A DNA stretch of 64,000 bases from Octopus sinensis. Lineage: Eukaryota. Numbering within the stretch: position 1 is the first letter of the stretch; each line of letters begins with the position of its first letter. The notes under the pieces are model-generated. The model was not told the origin of the DNA. It did no database searches and saw only the letters and a program-made list of their open reading frames with translations. Location of the stretch: the NCBI RefSeq assembly GCF_006345805.1, contig NC_043003.1, positions 9,610,001 to 9,674,000 of the forward strand, in the 5' to 3' direction. This document shows, in pieces, positions 27,330 through 43,150 of the stretch. The position numbers and the translations under genes are program-made.

Positions 27330-27975
27330 GTTGCTGGAAAAATAGGTGGGATTGGCTGATGAAAGGAACACTAAAATTAGAGACCGAGACAAATATACTG
27401 GCAGCGCAAGACCAAGCTTTGGCCATGAACTGGAGGATCAAACTTAGGAATAAGCAAGTCTCTCCGCTGTGCAGGATCTGCAAAAGTGTGGATGAAACCA
27501 TTGCCTACATCACGAACAAATACCCTAGACTTGCCGAAAACCACAAAACGTTGTGGCGACACGATCTGGTTGCGAAAGTGTTCCATTGGTAACTGCGGAA
27601 AGCGGAGGCTAAAGAGAGAGGCAAGAAGTGGTATGAGCACCATCCACGGAGTTGGAATCTAGCAAAATCCTCTGGGACTTCTCAATCCAAACAGATTAGA
27701 TGCTAAAGCATAACAGAACGTCAGACCGTACGTAGTAGTGGTGGATAAGATGCACCACATATGCTATATAGTTGATGTTGCATGCCCCTTTGACCACGAA
27801 TAGTGTCCTTGGGAACCGTATCAGAAGGTATCAGGGGAAATATAGAGAATTGTTACTAAAGTTTTGCCTCCTACAGAAAAGTATTAGATACTTGAAAAGA
27901 ATGGATAACATGGTACCGTAGGTTGCAGGCAACATGTAAGACTCTAGAAGCTCCAACAAAACATGTTACAAAATA
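27330..27975 (+). mobile_element. 5'-truncated R4/Dong-like non-LTR retrotransposon (Zn knuckle and RLE region)
   Basis: LETETNILAAQDQAL, CRICKSVDETIAYI, RHDLVAKVFHW and ILWDFSIQT. Preceded by (TAA)n and ends in aataataat. Confidence 0.85.
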
Positions 27976-29176
27976 ATAATGATAATAATAGTTACAAATT
28001 TTGGCAAAAAAATTCCGAGAGAGCTGTAAGACTTTGATGAAACATCCTCTTGAGAAATGGAAATATATTGCGTAAAAATGGTTCGGTCTTATTTGACCTC
28101 TACAGTGAAGACAAAATCTATTAATTGATATAGAAATAAAGGGAATGTCGTCACAATGGAGATGTTAACATTTTTCAACTACAAATTATCACTGAGAAAT
28201 GTTTACGTATGGCCTTGCTTTCATAAATGTAAAACTGGATATTTTATCTGTCTTGAACGGAAAAGATTAACTACAACAATCCATTCCGGTCGATATTCGA
28301 AAACCAAAATTTGATTGTTTAAGTTAAGCCATTACTTAACATATCTATGACGAAAATAGAAGTTCGAAATATGGTGCTTCAAACCTTAGAAATACAATAA
28401 CATTGAGTTTTAGAACTTTCTTTGGTTTGCTCGATCAAGGTTGATATGGATCTCAGTTATAATGACAACAACTATGTAATTAGTAAATGAATTTATTGGA
28501 ATTAATCAGCATTTCTAACTCAATTGCTACGTTAATTTCCTTAAATGATTTACATGAGTTTCATTCTATTTCATTTGAGGATTTCAGTCATAAAATCTCG
28601 TAATTTTAGTGTTTCTCTAGGAAATATCGAAGTAGAAACAGTAAAAACAGTAAATTGAAATTTGATGAGGGCATATGATGTTATTTCACAGTCTATTTTC
28701 TGTTTTGAATGTTATGTAAGCTATTTCATCTTTATCAGTAAACAACACTTTGTAGGGGAACATAAATTAAAAGCTGATTACTCTACTGTATTCATTTCTA
28801 ATTTTCGGATCTTTTAGTATATTTTTGTGAAGATATAACGCTATTTTTTTTTACGCCAGAAACTTTAATAGCATTATCAAACGTTTGGTTGTTATATATT
28901 TATTTCAGTCAAGTCTATAAACAAGGGATTGGTTCCTGCGATACAAAGTACTCTCAGTGGAAAATTTCAAAAAAAGAAAAAAGAAAAAAAAGAAGGTTTT
29001 CTATGTTTCTCATATTTCGCTTATTAATCAATTTATAGAATAACTGTTAACTATCGCAATTGCCTAAGATCTGCAAGTCTTCTAAAATTTAGAAAAATAA
29101 TAAAGTCCACCAATATCTACCTGTACAAATATAGGTTTATAATTGGAGTACAAAAAGCAATCATAATATTATTATT

Positions 29177-29556
29177 TTCTACTCTAGGCACAAAGCCCGA
29201 TTTTGGGGGAAGGGGACAGTCGATTAGATCGGCCCCAGTACGCAACTGGTACTTAATTTATTGACCCCGAAAGGATGAAAGACAAAGTTGACCTCGGCGT
29301 AATTTGAGCTCTCAATGTAAAAACAGACGAAATACCTATTTCCTTATTACCTACAAGGGGCTAAACACAGAGGAGACAAACAAGGACAGACAAACGGATT
29401 GAGCCGATTACATCGACCCCAGTGCGTAACTGGTATTTAATTTTAAAGGATGGAAGGCAAAGTCGACCTCGGTGGAATTTGAACTCAGAACATAAAGACA
29501 GACGAAATACCGCTAAGCATTCCGCCCAGCGTGCTAAAGTTTCTGCCAGCTCGCCG
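29177..29556 (-). mobile_element. two adjacent copies of tRNA-derived SINE family B
   Basis: Minus strand head GGCGAGCTGGCAGAAAC...GTTCAAATTCC. The central domain GTCGACTTTGCCTTCCATCCTTT / CATCCTTTCGGGGTCAATAAATTAAGTACCAG occurs twice. Confidence 0.8.
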
Positions 29557-30129
29557 CTTCGCAGTCATGAAACTTTTACCCATAGATGTTCGTATTCCTT
29601 TTTTATATTGTCAAATCATTAATTTCTCTACATACCACCAGGTAGATTTTTCAATGCAACATTAGAGAAATCATATATCTTGTTATGTAGCAACGGCAAT
29701 TGTCTAATTATCATAGATCTACTTCTTTATCAATGATGATAATTTTCTCAGGTTTACGCAGTACTCAATCAAGCTTCCTTTTTATCGGAATTCAAATTAT
29801 TCCCTTCCAAGGTGTTATAAAATTTGACCTGTCCAATTCCAGGATCTGATAGGATATAATCATCCCTGATTATATTTTCAGAAGTCCATACTCACCTCAG
29901 AAGATATTGCTTTCATCATGTTGGACCTTTCATTGGTGGTATTTGTAATTGCGCCGCTTCCTTGTCGGCTGATGTTTAAATCACTTTATACGTCAATCAC
30001 AGTATCTCAGAAAAGACGTAATATTTCTCCTGCATCTTTCTCGACACAAAATATTTTGTCAGTACCACTATTACTGTGGGAATATCAAATCAGTTTTAAT
30101 TTTCATCGTTTTCATTAACAATGACAGTT

Positions 30130-30430
30130 ATCGTCTTTAGCTTGGTATTGACACACGTGATGTAATCAAATGCTGAGTGGATGTTTTCGCTACTCTATCG
30201 TCAATCCTATCCTTATTGGATTACTTACCTTACTTCATTACACGATTTTTCTGATTCCCGGAGTCAAGAGTTCGATCCTGAGCCGCAATGAAGAAGCTTT
30301 TCGTCTCAGTCTTATATTCCAGCATTTCCCATCCAGATTTTCTACTTTCCTTTGTTTATTTCATCACGGTTTAATTTTTAGAACCGTATCGCTCCACTCC
30401 GACACGATTTCCAGGAGATAGGAAGCGAAC
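30130..30430 (-). mobile_element. decayed R4/Dong-like relic
   Basis: TETKSFFIAAQDRTL on the minus strand. Confidence 0.55.
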
Positions 30431-31190
30431 CAAGAATTTCCCCTAGTCATAACTGTCGAATACAATGATAAGAGCCTGCAGTAAAAGTAAGAACAGCAAA
30501 ATCTAAGCCATAAACATGTATATATATTTAGAAACTTATCGCCCCGTTTATTAATCATAATTAGGACCAGAAGACCGAAGGAGATAGGAAGACATTTGTA
30601 AACCAAAAAACTGAAATATCACCACCAAGAAATGAAGAGAAGCGATAAACCACAGAAGAAATAGTGGAACACAACATCTCCCTTGAGACATTCACTACTA
30701 TGGAAGAACACATCTATGAAGGAGAACTCATTCTGCGTGAGGAGAAATTCTTCTTTCTGAATGAAATCAAATATACACCCCGTCATAAGACCAGCATGGA
30801 TAAAACAGAAGATCTGTTAGTTTCAGAATGACGAAATCCCCAAACCTGTCTAGTGACTTATTGTTTGGTAGTACCTGAGGAGTGAGAGATACTGTGGTTG
30901 TTTGTTTTCGAAGTAAAAATATATTCCATATACGTTTTTGGTCTTCCTTTATACCGGAGTGTGTCTAACTACATCTGAACTACCACGAACTTTTTCTTTC
31001 TCTAGTCCTCCTAACTCCATGCAATATATATTCCTGTGTATGTTGTGATTTGTACAGTTAATCTTTCAAAATACACTATTTGACTGGACTTGTATCGTCT
31101 CCAAAATATGGCTATATAAGAAAATATATGTGTGTGCGTGTGTGCGTGTATACGCGCGTGTGTATGCGAGTGAGTACGTCCATATATATA

Positions 31191-31230
<40 letters not shown>

Positions 31231-31403
31231 CATAGGCATATCTTTATACATATATTCATACATTCATACATGGCCATATCCACTCACACACGCATGTGCG
31301 TTCACGTGTGAATGCGTGCATGTTATTTTGAAATTCATTCTCTGTATATTTTTAAACGAATTCGTATTTATATTTATGTACGATTTCAGATAGCTCATGT
31401 ATG

Positions 31404-31460
<57 letters not shown>

Positions 31461-32357
31461 ATTTATATATATGTATATATAGATATATAGTCATATACAA
31501 TGCATACATATATTATAGATACATATATCTATATACATACATACAGACATATACACAATCATATATATGCATATATACATAAGTACATATATAAATATAT
31601 ATCATCATTTATCATATATACATCAGATATAAGTCATAGAATTCCCAAGACTAGACACCAATGTCTAAGCGTAATCTAAGCCTAATGAAGTTTACTATGA
31701 AGAAAATAAAAACAACCAATACGAATATAAGTGGTCGTTAGCGATTAAAAATCCACAAAGTTTCTACTTAACAAGTATGAAGGACAACGTAGAATAATCG
31801 GAGTCAATTGAACTGCGCGATGTAAATCGAAGGACTGGGTATTCTGCAGAATGAATATGATGAGCAACAACAAATATGATGCAAGTTAATCGAATAAGAT
31901 TAACTTTTGAAGTTATGATACAAAACTTATTGAAAATTTGAGGAGATAGGAATTAAATATTCTCCATAATTAACGTGTAATTAGGAGGTTTCGTTGTTTT
32001 TCTGTAGGAATGAGGACATGCTTACTCAGAATTCTACTTCAAAAGGCATTTTCAGCAAATGTATTTCAAATGTGATTCCAACATTCAAATGTGACTCCAG
32101 AATTAAAGAAACAGATTAAATAAATATTTATGCTCTTCGGTAATTACACAAACAAAATGATAATGTCTCAAGAGTAAATATTTCGGCTCGATACGTACAT
32201 CATGGATAAATATACATGAACTAGGACCTCAAATTTGTAAGAATGTACATTAGATCTGTACAAGATTATTTGTATTTTTTCATATACATGTATATACATG
32301 TATACATACATACATACAGACAGACAGACACACACACACACATACACACACACACAC

Positions 32358-32409
<52 letters not shown>

Positions 32410-32848
32410 TATATACACGTATAATATATGTGTACATATATTTGCACGTAGGTATGTACGTGTGTGTGATGTATAATATGTGCATATGCGGTGATATAGA
32501 TACAACATAGAATACAACACAGAATTGATCGCAGGCGTATATTGGCATGTTAACGGCAATTTACTTCGAACTTACTTTTTTCTGATCTCCTAATAGCTTT
32601 TCTTCTTTATTCAAATGTTTTATATTTGCAGGGTTTAATAAAGTCCAAAAACCGTACAATTACGGTCCGACAATTATAACTCAATTTATTTTTCTTATAC
32701 TATACACTAACATATGTGTGTGTGTGTGAGTGTATGTGAGTGTATGTGAATGTACGTGTGTGTAAGTGAGTATGTGTGTGAGAGAGCGTATAGGTACATG
32801 TGCCCGTGTCCGGCGTGTATCTCTATAGAAGTATATATATATATATAC

Positions 32849-32894
<46 letters not shown>

Positions 32895-32899
32895 TATAT

Positions 32900-32948
<49 letters not shown>

Positions 32949-33541
32949 AAACGATTCACGCATAGACATACACACACACTAAGAGATGCTAATACACAGA
33001 CACGTATATCAGGAATAAATATACATTCATTTAGTATCTACGAATATTAAAATCTTTTTACACAAAGCTGCAAGGTGTATATATATATATATATAACGGG
33101 AAGCTTTATGAAAAGAAACAAAAGACGAAGGCAGGTGGAATATAAACAAACAATTGTATTAGTATGGCGTTCAGGAATATAAATAAAACAAGTCTTTTAC
33201 GTTTCGAGCCTACGCTCTTCAACAGAAAGATACACAGAAAAGAAACACAGAAAGAAACAAGGAGAGAAAAAAAAATGCGTGCAGAAGCTAGCGAATCAAC
33301 ATATGTCTGTGTGTCTCTATGTATGCATGTATGTATAAAGAGTTTGAAGTGGTGTACAGATATTGTATACTGAGAAAAAGGATGCAGTCAGAATTCTGGT
33401 CAATTCTTTATCGGCGCTTTCCTTGTTCTTTTATTTTGGGGGAGGGTGAAAAGTGGGGTTTAATTTTGTCTTGACGTGTTCGATAAAGGAACGGAAGCGC
33501 TAACAAAGAATTATCCAGATATGTGACTGCATCCTTTTTCT

Positions 33542-33594
<53 letters not shown>

Positions 33595-34103
33595 TATATT
33601 ATATACATATATATGTTTGTTTGTGCGTACATGTCTGTGTGTGAGTATGTGTGTGCGTGTAAAATTATATTTGTGAGCGGTATAATTTTAAACAGCCGAT
33701 GGCTATTTTATTTGATCTCATCAATAATAATAATAATAATTAAAATTATTATTAAAACTATATAAATTTTCCACTTTTCTTTTTATTTATTTTATTTTTA
33801 TTTTATCATCATTTCCATTTATTCCTTTTTCTTATTTTTATTTGCTTTTTGCATGTTCTCTCTATGGATTATCTTTCTTTTTTAATTTAAATTTATACAA
33901 AAATTAATGACAAATTTATTCATCTGTTCTTCTAGGAGAAGTTGCGAGTTTAGCTGCCGGATTTTCTACATGCTATTTGCCAATTCTGGCCACAACTCAA
34001 GTTGGAGGTATTCTCCGAATGTACTTTCTTTACCTGCCCCAACTCACTCTTTTCAATTTTTAACATTTTTATATGCATATCAATATATATATATTATATA
34101 TAT

Positions 34104-34134
<31 letters not shown>

Positions 34135-34494
34135 ATTATTATATAATATATATATATATATATTATATTATATAATAATATATATATAATTATTATATCA
34201 TAATATATTATTATATATATTATATATATATATATATATTAATGTATTTATATATATATATATACATATTTTCATTTTCCACCTAACATGTTTAGTTCTT
34301 ACCCTCCCTCCCCTCCACTATTTTCATTTTTATACGCCTTCTTGTCTGTCGTACTTTTAGTCTTATTTTATTTTCCATATAGTTGAGGCTAACATCATAT
34401 TAGGTACCGTTATTTAATATACGTTCAAAATTGGTCGGGAATATTGCAGAAAACTAATTTTAAATTCTGCCTCTTCAATTCTCTTCATTGTTCT

Positions 34495-34551
<57 letters not shown>

Positions 34552-35459
34552 TGTATTAGAAATATGACTGTGGTCAAAATTTGTATAGGTTTTAGGTTGT
34601 CTCATATTTTTTTGTATGAGATCCTTGCAGTTAGTTTGGACCAATAAGATTTCTTACTTTCAGACGTTGATGAACTAAATTTTAGAATAATATTCAGAGC
34701 ATACAAACAGAAAGATAAAAAAAGGAAACACTATTTTAAACAGAGAATTAACAACCATACAATGATTGAAACCTCTGCCTTAATAAAAATCCTATTTGAG
34801 TTAACCATTGTATGGTGCCAGTACTTACCGACGCGAAACATAACATAATTGAATGTGTGACAAAACGTTTACGAAAGATTTTGGATCTTATGGTTTCAAA
34901 GTAACTGCATGGAATACATAGGAAAATATCAGCAAGTATCAATTCAAAATGATACAGTTACACCACAGGTGTGTATTTTCTACACCGACTTAATTAAAAA
35001 CTTCTTCCTCCAAACAAACACACACATACAAACATACACATTTATGTATATATATGAAAATATAAATGCGAAAGATATAACACATATATGAATATACATA
35101 TATGTGTGTGTATACATATATATGTATATACATGTATATATATACCTATATATATATGCATATACAGACATATATATATATATATACGTGTCATATATAT
35201 ATACCATATATATGTATGCATGTATGCATACATGCATATATATATATGTATTCGAGAGTATAAGTACAGTAACGTAACTTAATAGTTCTATATAATATTA
35301 GTTAGCAACCACCCTGTTCGTCTCAAATATAATAATATGTGGATTTTCGCAAATGTTTCTTTTATGTAATTTACTATATTTCCACCCGTGCACTTGTTCA
35401 GAATAAGTACGTCATTATTGAAATTTATTCCAACATAGAGAACACTTGATAAATATAGC

Positions 35460-35865
35460 AACAGCATCACCACCACAAACATCACCACCACCATCACCGT
35501 AACCAACACCAGCACTCCACCACCACCACCACCACCACCACCACCATCAACACCACCGCCACCAATACCTCCCTCACCACCACCGCCATCGTCATCATTA
35601 TCATCAGCATGAGCATCATCATCATCATTGTCATCGTAATCCTCGTGATAGTGAATATCATCATGACGTCGACCAGCGCCAACATCACCACCACCACTAT
35701 TAACGATACAATACAACCATCACCTTCACCACCACCACTACCAACTCTGCCATCACCATACACAAAAATTACAGTAACGAAATTATTATTTCTACAAATA
35801 TAGTTATAATTATTAGTAATAATACAATATTAATATTTTTACTATTATTATATTATTATTATTAC

Positions 35866-35901
<36 letters not shown>

Positions 35902-36104
35902 CATTATTATTATTATTATTATTATTAGTGGTGCGTTTGTATTTCGGGTAATCTTTTTTACTTTCGAAATTTTATATCAAAATTCTAAACATTCTTCAAT
36001 CACCAACAGAAATTTTGACCATTGTCCAGATTCTCGTTTATTACAATATATCTCAAAGGATAAAGATCATCATTTTTGATTGCGTGTAGTTATTATTATT
36101 ATTA

Positions 36105-36179
<75 letters not shown>

Positions 36180-36180
36180 T
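35460..36180. repeat. compound (CAC)n/(CAT)n/(ATT)n microsatellite region
   Basis: Direct reading of the sequence. Confidence 0.9.
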
Positions 36181-36540
36181 ATTTACGCATAACAGATTAG
36201 ACTGTTGGAAAAAATTCCTAACATCGTGCTACAACAAGTAACTTTTCTAAATATCCTGGCTGTCCTTAATAATAATGTTTTCTAAAGAGCTGCACTAAAA
36301 TAGGTTTTATGCCTCTTTCCTCAAACCTTATTTTTCTCTATACCTCTCATACTGACTTAATTATTATTTGGGATTCTAAAGTTAATTACCTGGCACTTTT
36401 TTATTATTTTTGTCTAGTAATACTACTAAATCAAGTCTTCAGGCTTCTATTACTCTGTCAGTGTGAATGTTAAAATCTACAACACATACGTTTAACTTTT
36501 TAGCACTTTTCTAGATTCATGTTCATACCTCTAATCAGAA
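36180..36540 (-). mobile_element. 3' end of a decayed R4/Dong-like element
   Basis: Remnant KTLLLRTARIFRKV of the C-terminal QKxxLLGTARILR motif, followed by a long (TAA)n tract. Confidence 0.55.
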
Positions 36541-37089
36541 TGGGCAACCCCTGGCTTTCTACATTACTCCTGGTGGATTATTCTACCGAGGTTGTCATGT
36601 CGTTTGTTGTATTCTTTCTGTGTCAGCATACTAGATTCAAGAACTTCATGAGTAACACTTTAATTCATTAATTTACATTCAGAATCTATCCGATTTTTGC
36701 CTATCTTAGCTTTTATCCATATACTCTAGCAGCTCGTAATAGAATTTCTGCACTCTTACGAACGCAAGAGGCTATGTCTACTCACGCTAGCTCCACAAAG
36801 TCGCTACTCCTACTCTAGGATGAACTCCTCCATTCATTTTGAATACCTCCCAAGTTCTGTCTAGATTTGAAAAATCAGAATTCGTTCAGTTTACAAAAAT
36901 TGCCGAATATCTAAGTAACGAACATGCCCGCGAATTTATAGACTTCAATAGATTCGAGCCTTTTACCTTTCACTTTGTTAATTCCTCATCCTTCTGATGT
37001 ACACTTTCTCAACTTTTACTTAACTTTCTGCAGTCTGTACTCTGTCAGATTCTAATGTATTTGGATACCTATAACTTTCTCATTATTTC

Positions 37090-38165
37090 AATGATTTTAA
37101 CTTCTGGGCAATTTTGTTGCAAGTCGACAACGCGAGTTTCAATTCCAATTGCTTTCAAACTTTTAGGTAACATTTTTGAGTACTGTGTGATGTGCACCTA
37201 TTACTTCAGGAATAATCGGACATCCGCAATCTCCTCAGCACTCTGGCTACATCCTGGTATTTCTCAACTTTTTTAATATCTTTTGTATCGACTCTGCTAT
37301 CACAGAGAATTGCAATATCTATGGCCTTGCACAGTTTGTTAATTTTATCCTCTATAACCACGTCTGGTTTTCTTGCCGCAATAGTATCATTAGTCTTCAT
37401 GGCGAAGTCCCACAAGGTCTTGTAATTCTCATTTTCTATCACAGCCTCTGGTTCGTGTTCCAACCACTTTTCTATAATATTGAAGCTACACACTCGGTTA
37501 ATATCCCAATGCACTCTTTTGCCTATACAGCCACGCCTGCCCTTGTATTCCTTTTGTGCTAGTATAGTGCACTCACTCAAAATTGATACCCTTTTCTCTG
37601 TTGTTGCGGTTCCTACATTTGCTGTCTCACTGAGATTTTCGATCTTTGGGTTTATCAGATTTATGCTAATGGCTTGCCGTGAACGGATATAATTAACATT
37701 TCTCTTTCTTGTTTCAAGTTCCCTTCCGTCAACTAAATCCAGCTGGCTTCACTTCCAACATTTTCACTTTTGTTACATGAACTGGTTATGCAGTTCCATT
37801 TTTTCCATGTGTTCATTTTGTTGGTCTTCCTTTTCTCTCTGATTTCCAATTCTTTCAGTCACTTTTTGGGTATCTCTGGCTTCTGAAAGAATTCTATCTT
37901 TTCTCTCCACGACATGGCATTTCAGACTCAGCATCGCAGTAGCAATAGTTTCTACCATTTCCTTTCTAGAAAGAGAGAGTCGGTCTGTATTACGTATCGG
38001 ATGGATTGCATTCTGCATTGTTAGGACCATTCTGGTACATCCATTTAAAAGATGCAACTCAATTCTGGGAAGTGTAACTCAATAATGGCATTGCCCACGT
38101 ATTTATGGCTTTACTGATGTTTCCTCAATTTATTTTTGTTTCGAGCACCTTCCTAATTCTCCTTT
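37090..38165 (-). mobile_element. decayed R4/Dong-like fragment with an RLE domain
   Basis: TLWDFAMKT...ARKPDVVIEDK...IDIAI...KVEKYQD (PD-D/ExK). (TAA)n on its 5' side. Confidence 0.85.
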
Positions 38166-38175
38166 TCAAATATCC

Positions 38176-38236
<61 letters not shown>

Positions 38237-38909
38237 CACCATCATCATCATCATCATTATCATCATCATTATCATCGTCATCATCATCATTATCATAATC
38301 ATCATTATCATCATCATCATCATCATCATTATCATCATTATTATTATCATTTTAATTTTAACTCAGAATAACGGGCATTTTAGTATAAATCAATAAATAT
38401 TATTATTCTTATCATTATCATCATCAACAATCATATTCACAATAATAATACTATGAGCCAGAAGGTTAATAAAAAATATAACAGCATCAACATCACCACC
38501 AACAAGAACAACAACAGACAAACATCAACAATAATTATAAAAAAATAAATATAACAATGTCCTCAAAATCACAATAAAAATCATCACGAAAATTATTAAT
38601 ATGGTTATTATTACAGACATTATCATAATTAGTGTTAGTAAAGACAATCAAAATAAACATTTATATTCCATCATTATGGAATTAGAATGCTTAATATCCA
38701 TTTATGCATAAGCACATTAAACCTGGAAAATACTGATATGGATATTATGTGAATAATCACATCCGAATAGAAGTGTCGATCCCACCTTCCTTCGCATACG
38801 CACCGAGATCTACAAGTGTAAACTATCTCTCAGTTCTCTTGCTGGCAGAAAAATTCCATTTAAAAAATATGTAAACACTATACATACACACACACACACA
38901 CACACATAC

Positions 38910-38998
<89 letters not shown>

Positions 38999-39497
38999 AT
39001 ATATGTATGTATTTGTAAGTATATATATATATATATTTGTATGCAATTATATACGCATATATATCTAAATATGTATCTATGAAAATACATGTAAACATAC
39101 ATATATATATGTAAGTATATATATATATATATATATGCATATATGTATATATTTATGTATATACATGCTCCACATGCAATGGTTTATACTCTTAGACTAG
39201 TTTGCAGGTTCTGGATTTCAGAAGAGTATTTCATATCAGGATCATTGAGCCTCCTCAGCTGAAGTGATTAGCATGCATGAGATACTGTACACATTTTGTC
39301 GGCCAATTAACACGACTGATGTGCAACTAGTGTGAGTCTGCTTGCGAGCAAATACACAAATTCAGAGAACTAACAGATGCAGGGTGCATTCTGTGATGTA
39401 AACTAGTCGGAGTACCATATGCAATATGCACATATATAAATATATGCGAGCATAAACCCATGGATACATATGTACGTATATATATATATAATATATA

Positions 39498-39530
<33 letters not shown>

Positions 39531-39714
39531 ATTCCTGTATATGCATGTATATGTATATTCACATATATACTTAAATATATGAATGCATGCACGTACGTGA
39601 GCGTGTGTGTGAGAGATCCTTAGCGCCATAGATATTCTTCCGAAGTAATTATCAAACTAGATTTGAAGCCATAAACTAATTGACATAGATATATACATCC
39701 CCATATATTTATAT

Positions 39715-39769
<55 letters not shown>

Positions 39770-40675
39770 CATATACATACATAACACCCCTTATAAATAT
39801 AAATATATATGTGCATATATATATATATGTACATATATATATTAACAGAAAATATAAGTACACTTATAGATATATAATTATATACAAACACCCACACACT
39901 TACATGTGCAGATCTGCATTATACATATATATATACACAGACATATGTGTATATATATGCATATAGCAGGTATATACATGTATGCGTGTATATATTGTAT
40001 GTATATATAAAAATATGTGTGTGTATTGGAGATAAATATGATTTTTATCAAATACCTCAAGAAGTACCTAATTATTTGGAACGAAATTATGCTGTGTTTT
40101 TCAATGTCGACATGCATGTGTTTGGTGTTATGATTTTGTTTCTTTGGTACTTTACCCGTATTATTAATACACATATTTATCCTTCCGTACATACACACAC
40201 AATAAACCAGTTAACATATATACATACATATATGTATATTATTATTAATATATATATATATAAACATATATAATATTGTATATATATATATATAATATAT
40301 ACATATATATATATAGGTAGATATATATATACATATAAATATGTATATATATTTGTGTATGTATGTGTGCGCGAATTAATATGTGTATACATAACTTTTT
40401 TGGTTTAATTTCGTGTGGTTTTGTGTTGCCAGTGAAAATTGATTTTTTAAAATTTCTATTCTGTGTATTTTATATTTCTAATGATGTGATTCGCATTACT
40501 AATTTGTAATATTGAAGAATATGAAGATAAAGATTTCAAAAAAAGTATAGACATGAAGTAATTGTAAAGTGTAATAACATACAATAAATAATTATTAACG
40601 TATAAATATTTCTCATTCCAAACAATATCCAGAAAAGTCAATACATACGTATGTATTTGGATATAAAAATATCTT

Positions 40676-40744
<69 letters not shown>

Positions 40745-40959
40745 ATATATATATATATACTATATATATACATATATATATATATACATATATATATATA
40801 AACATATACATATTTATATTTGTATGTATGTGTATATATATGCATTTATTCCAATAAATATATCTATATACATATATGCATTTACATACATGTATATAAA
40901 TACATATACATATATATATGCATATATATATGTACATATACAAACATACATATATATAT

Positions 40960-41000
<41 letters not shown>

Positions 41001-42399
41001 TATGTATGTATGTATATCACATACCATAGGCAGTTCACAAAATGTCGCAACACTACAATGAGCAGCATTAGCGTTAGGACCAGCAGCAATAAATTTAAAT
41101 TTTGAAAAAATGAAACGTCTTCATCAGATCCAAATGCCAAAAAATGACTGGCCAAATATATGTGCGTGGATGCGTGCGTGAGTGTGTGTGCACGTGCACA
41201 CGTGTGTGAGGGGTTGTGTGTTTGGCAACATTTGTAAGTGTGTTTTCGTATATATCTTTTTGAAAATTTGTCTCATTCATGGGATATATATATATAAAAG
41301 ACAAGGATTCAAAATTTTACATCTCACATACCGTCAATATGTGAGATGTAAAATTTTGTGTCCTTGTCTTTTATATATATATACATATACATATACATAA
41401 AAGACAGGGATACAAACTTTTGCATTTCATATACCGTCATCACGAGAGCTTGCTTCATCTTGTAGGAAATCATCTGTCTGCTATATCAGTATATTCCTAA
41501 TTTATTTCTGGTTCATTTGGAATTTTTAATTCTGATCATTGTGTTTAATCATGGCGAAAATAATGTGTGTCTGTATCAATTGTTAGAAGTTTCTTGTTTT
41601 TTTCGTCACGCTATAGAGAAAGAACATCAGCTGACTGTCGTTCTGTTTCATATATATATATATATATACCCTAATTTATAATTTTAAATGCCCTAATTTA
41701 TATTTAGAATCCCTATTTTATAATTTATAAATATATATATATGTATATATATGTGTGTGTGTTTGTGTGTGTGTGTATGTGTGTGTGTGTGTCCTTAGCT
41801 TGAAGCCGTATAATGTCTTGGTAAAATCGATAGGACTCTAAATTATAAAAAAAACCTTCTGATATTTAGAGCTGTTATTTACATAGTGAGCTCCAGTACC
41901 ACCACTATCCTGTTTCCATTAAACAACAACTCCTCAAATACTGGGGTAAATTAGTTCTTATTGACTCTCTTTCCGGGATCGTAGAAATACGTAAAGTTTG
42001 CTTTTTTCGACCTGGGATCGATGTCTTAGTTATTCCTGCCCTTTGGAAATTCGTGGTTTTCTTTCACTTCAAATTTGATTGGATAGAACAACCGTACATC
42101 ATTGGCACTATATTTTATAGTGTCCCGATGGATTCGAATTTGGAGCCTGATACAAGCAATCAATCTGAAAGTAGTTTCTCTAATTAGATCAGCTGAGAGG
42201 TATCGAGTGAAAAACAAGGAAGCTGCTCAAAATGCATTTCTATTCCGGTCTGAACAAGCGATACTGAAGAAAAGCACAGATGGGTGAAGAGGTTTCGGAA
42301 GAAGAGAACACAAGTCTATATCTGGGGGGGGGGGGGAAGAAATAATATGTCTGTAGCAGGTAATAAGCGAAGGACTAGTTGCATAGTCAAAGAATCCAA

Positions 42400-42700
42400 A
42401 GTGAGAAAACTAAAAACAGAAAGAGTGAAAATCAAACTTTGAATGAAAGAAGAAACCTCACTTAAAATGGCTTAAAAAACATAAGCGAGATACTCGATGA
42501 CAAACACAACTGGGCCTGTCTAGAGAAAAGGATACTGAGAAGGGAACTCTAAGGGATTGAAGCATAAGAAGTGGACCTAAGGGGAATCAGGATAAAATGA
42601 ACGACGGTCCAGCAAATGTTGAAATTTACAATGATTCAGATGACATCATAGCTAGAAATATTCAAAGTTAACTCAGAAAGTATATAAACATTGTAGGGGG
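42400..42700 (+). mobile_element. RTE-type 3' end relic
   Basis: Remnant resembling DDxRWxKRILEWxPR...RGxPxxRW. Confidence 0.35.
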
Positions 42701-42809
42701 GGGGGGTTAAGTTTACAGCGACAATCCACCGGAACGTTTACAGGAATTTGCTTTTTCATACAATTTGGCGTTGTTCTTAACAAACAGTTATTTGAAGTCG
42801 GAAAAGTGC

Positions 42810-43150
42810 ATCATCACGATTATGATCATGATTATCATGATCATGATCATCATCATCAACATCATCATCATCATCAACATCACCATCACCATCATCATCC
42901 TCATCATCATCATCAACAGCATCAACATCATCATCGTCATCATCAACATCATCAACATTAACATCATCATCCTCCTCATCATCAACATCAACAGCATCAA
43001 CATCATCATCGTCATCATCAACATCATCAACATTAACATCATCATCCTCCTCATCATCAACATCGCCATGATCATCATAACCATCGTCGTCGTCGTCATC
43101 ATCATCATCATCATCATCTTGTTGTCATCGACATCCCCATCAACATCATT
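42810..43150. repeat. degenerate (CAT)n microsatellite
   Basis: Direct reading. Explains the poly-I and poly-M ORFs. Confidence 0.9.
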
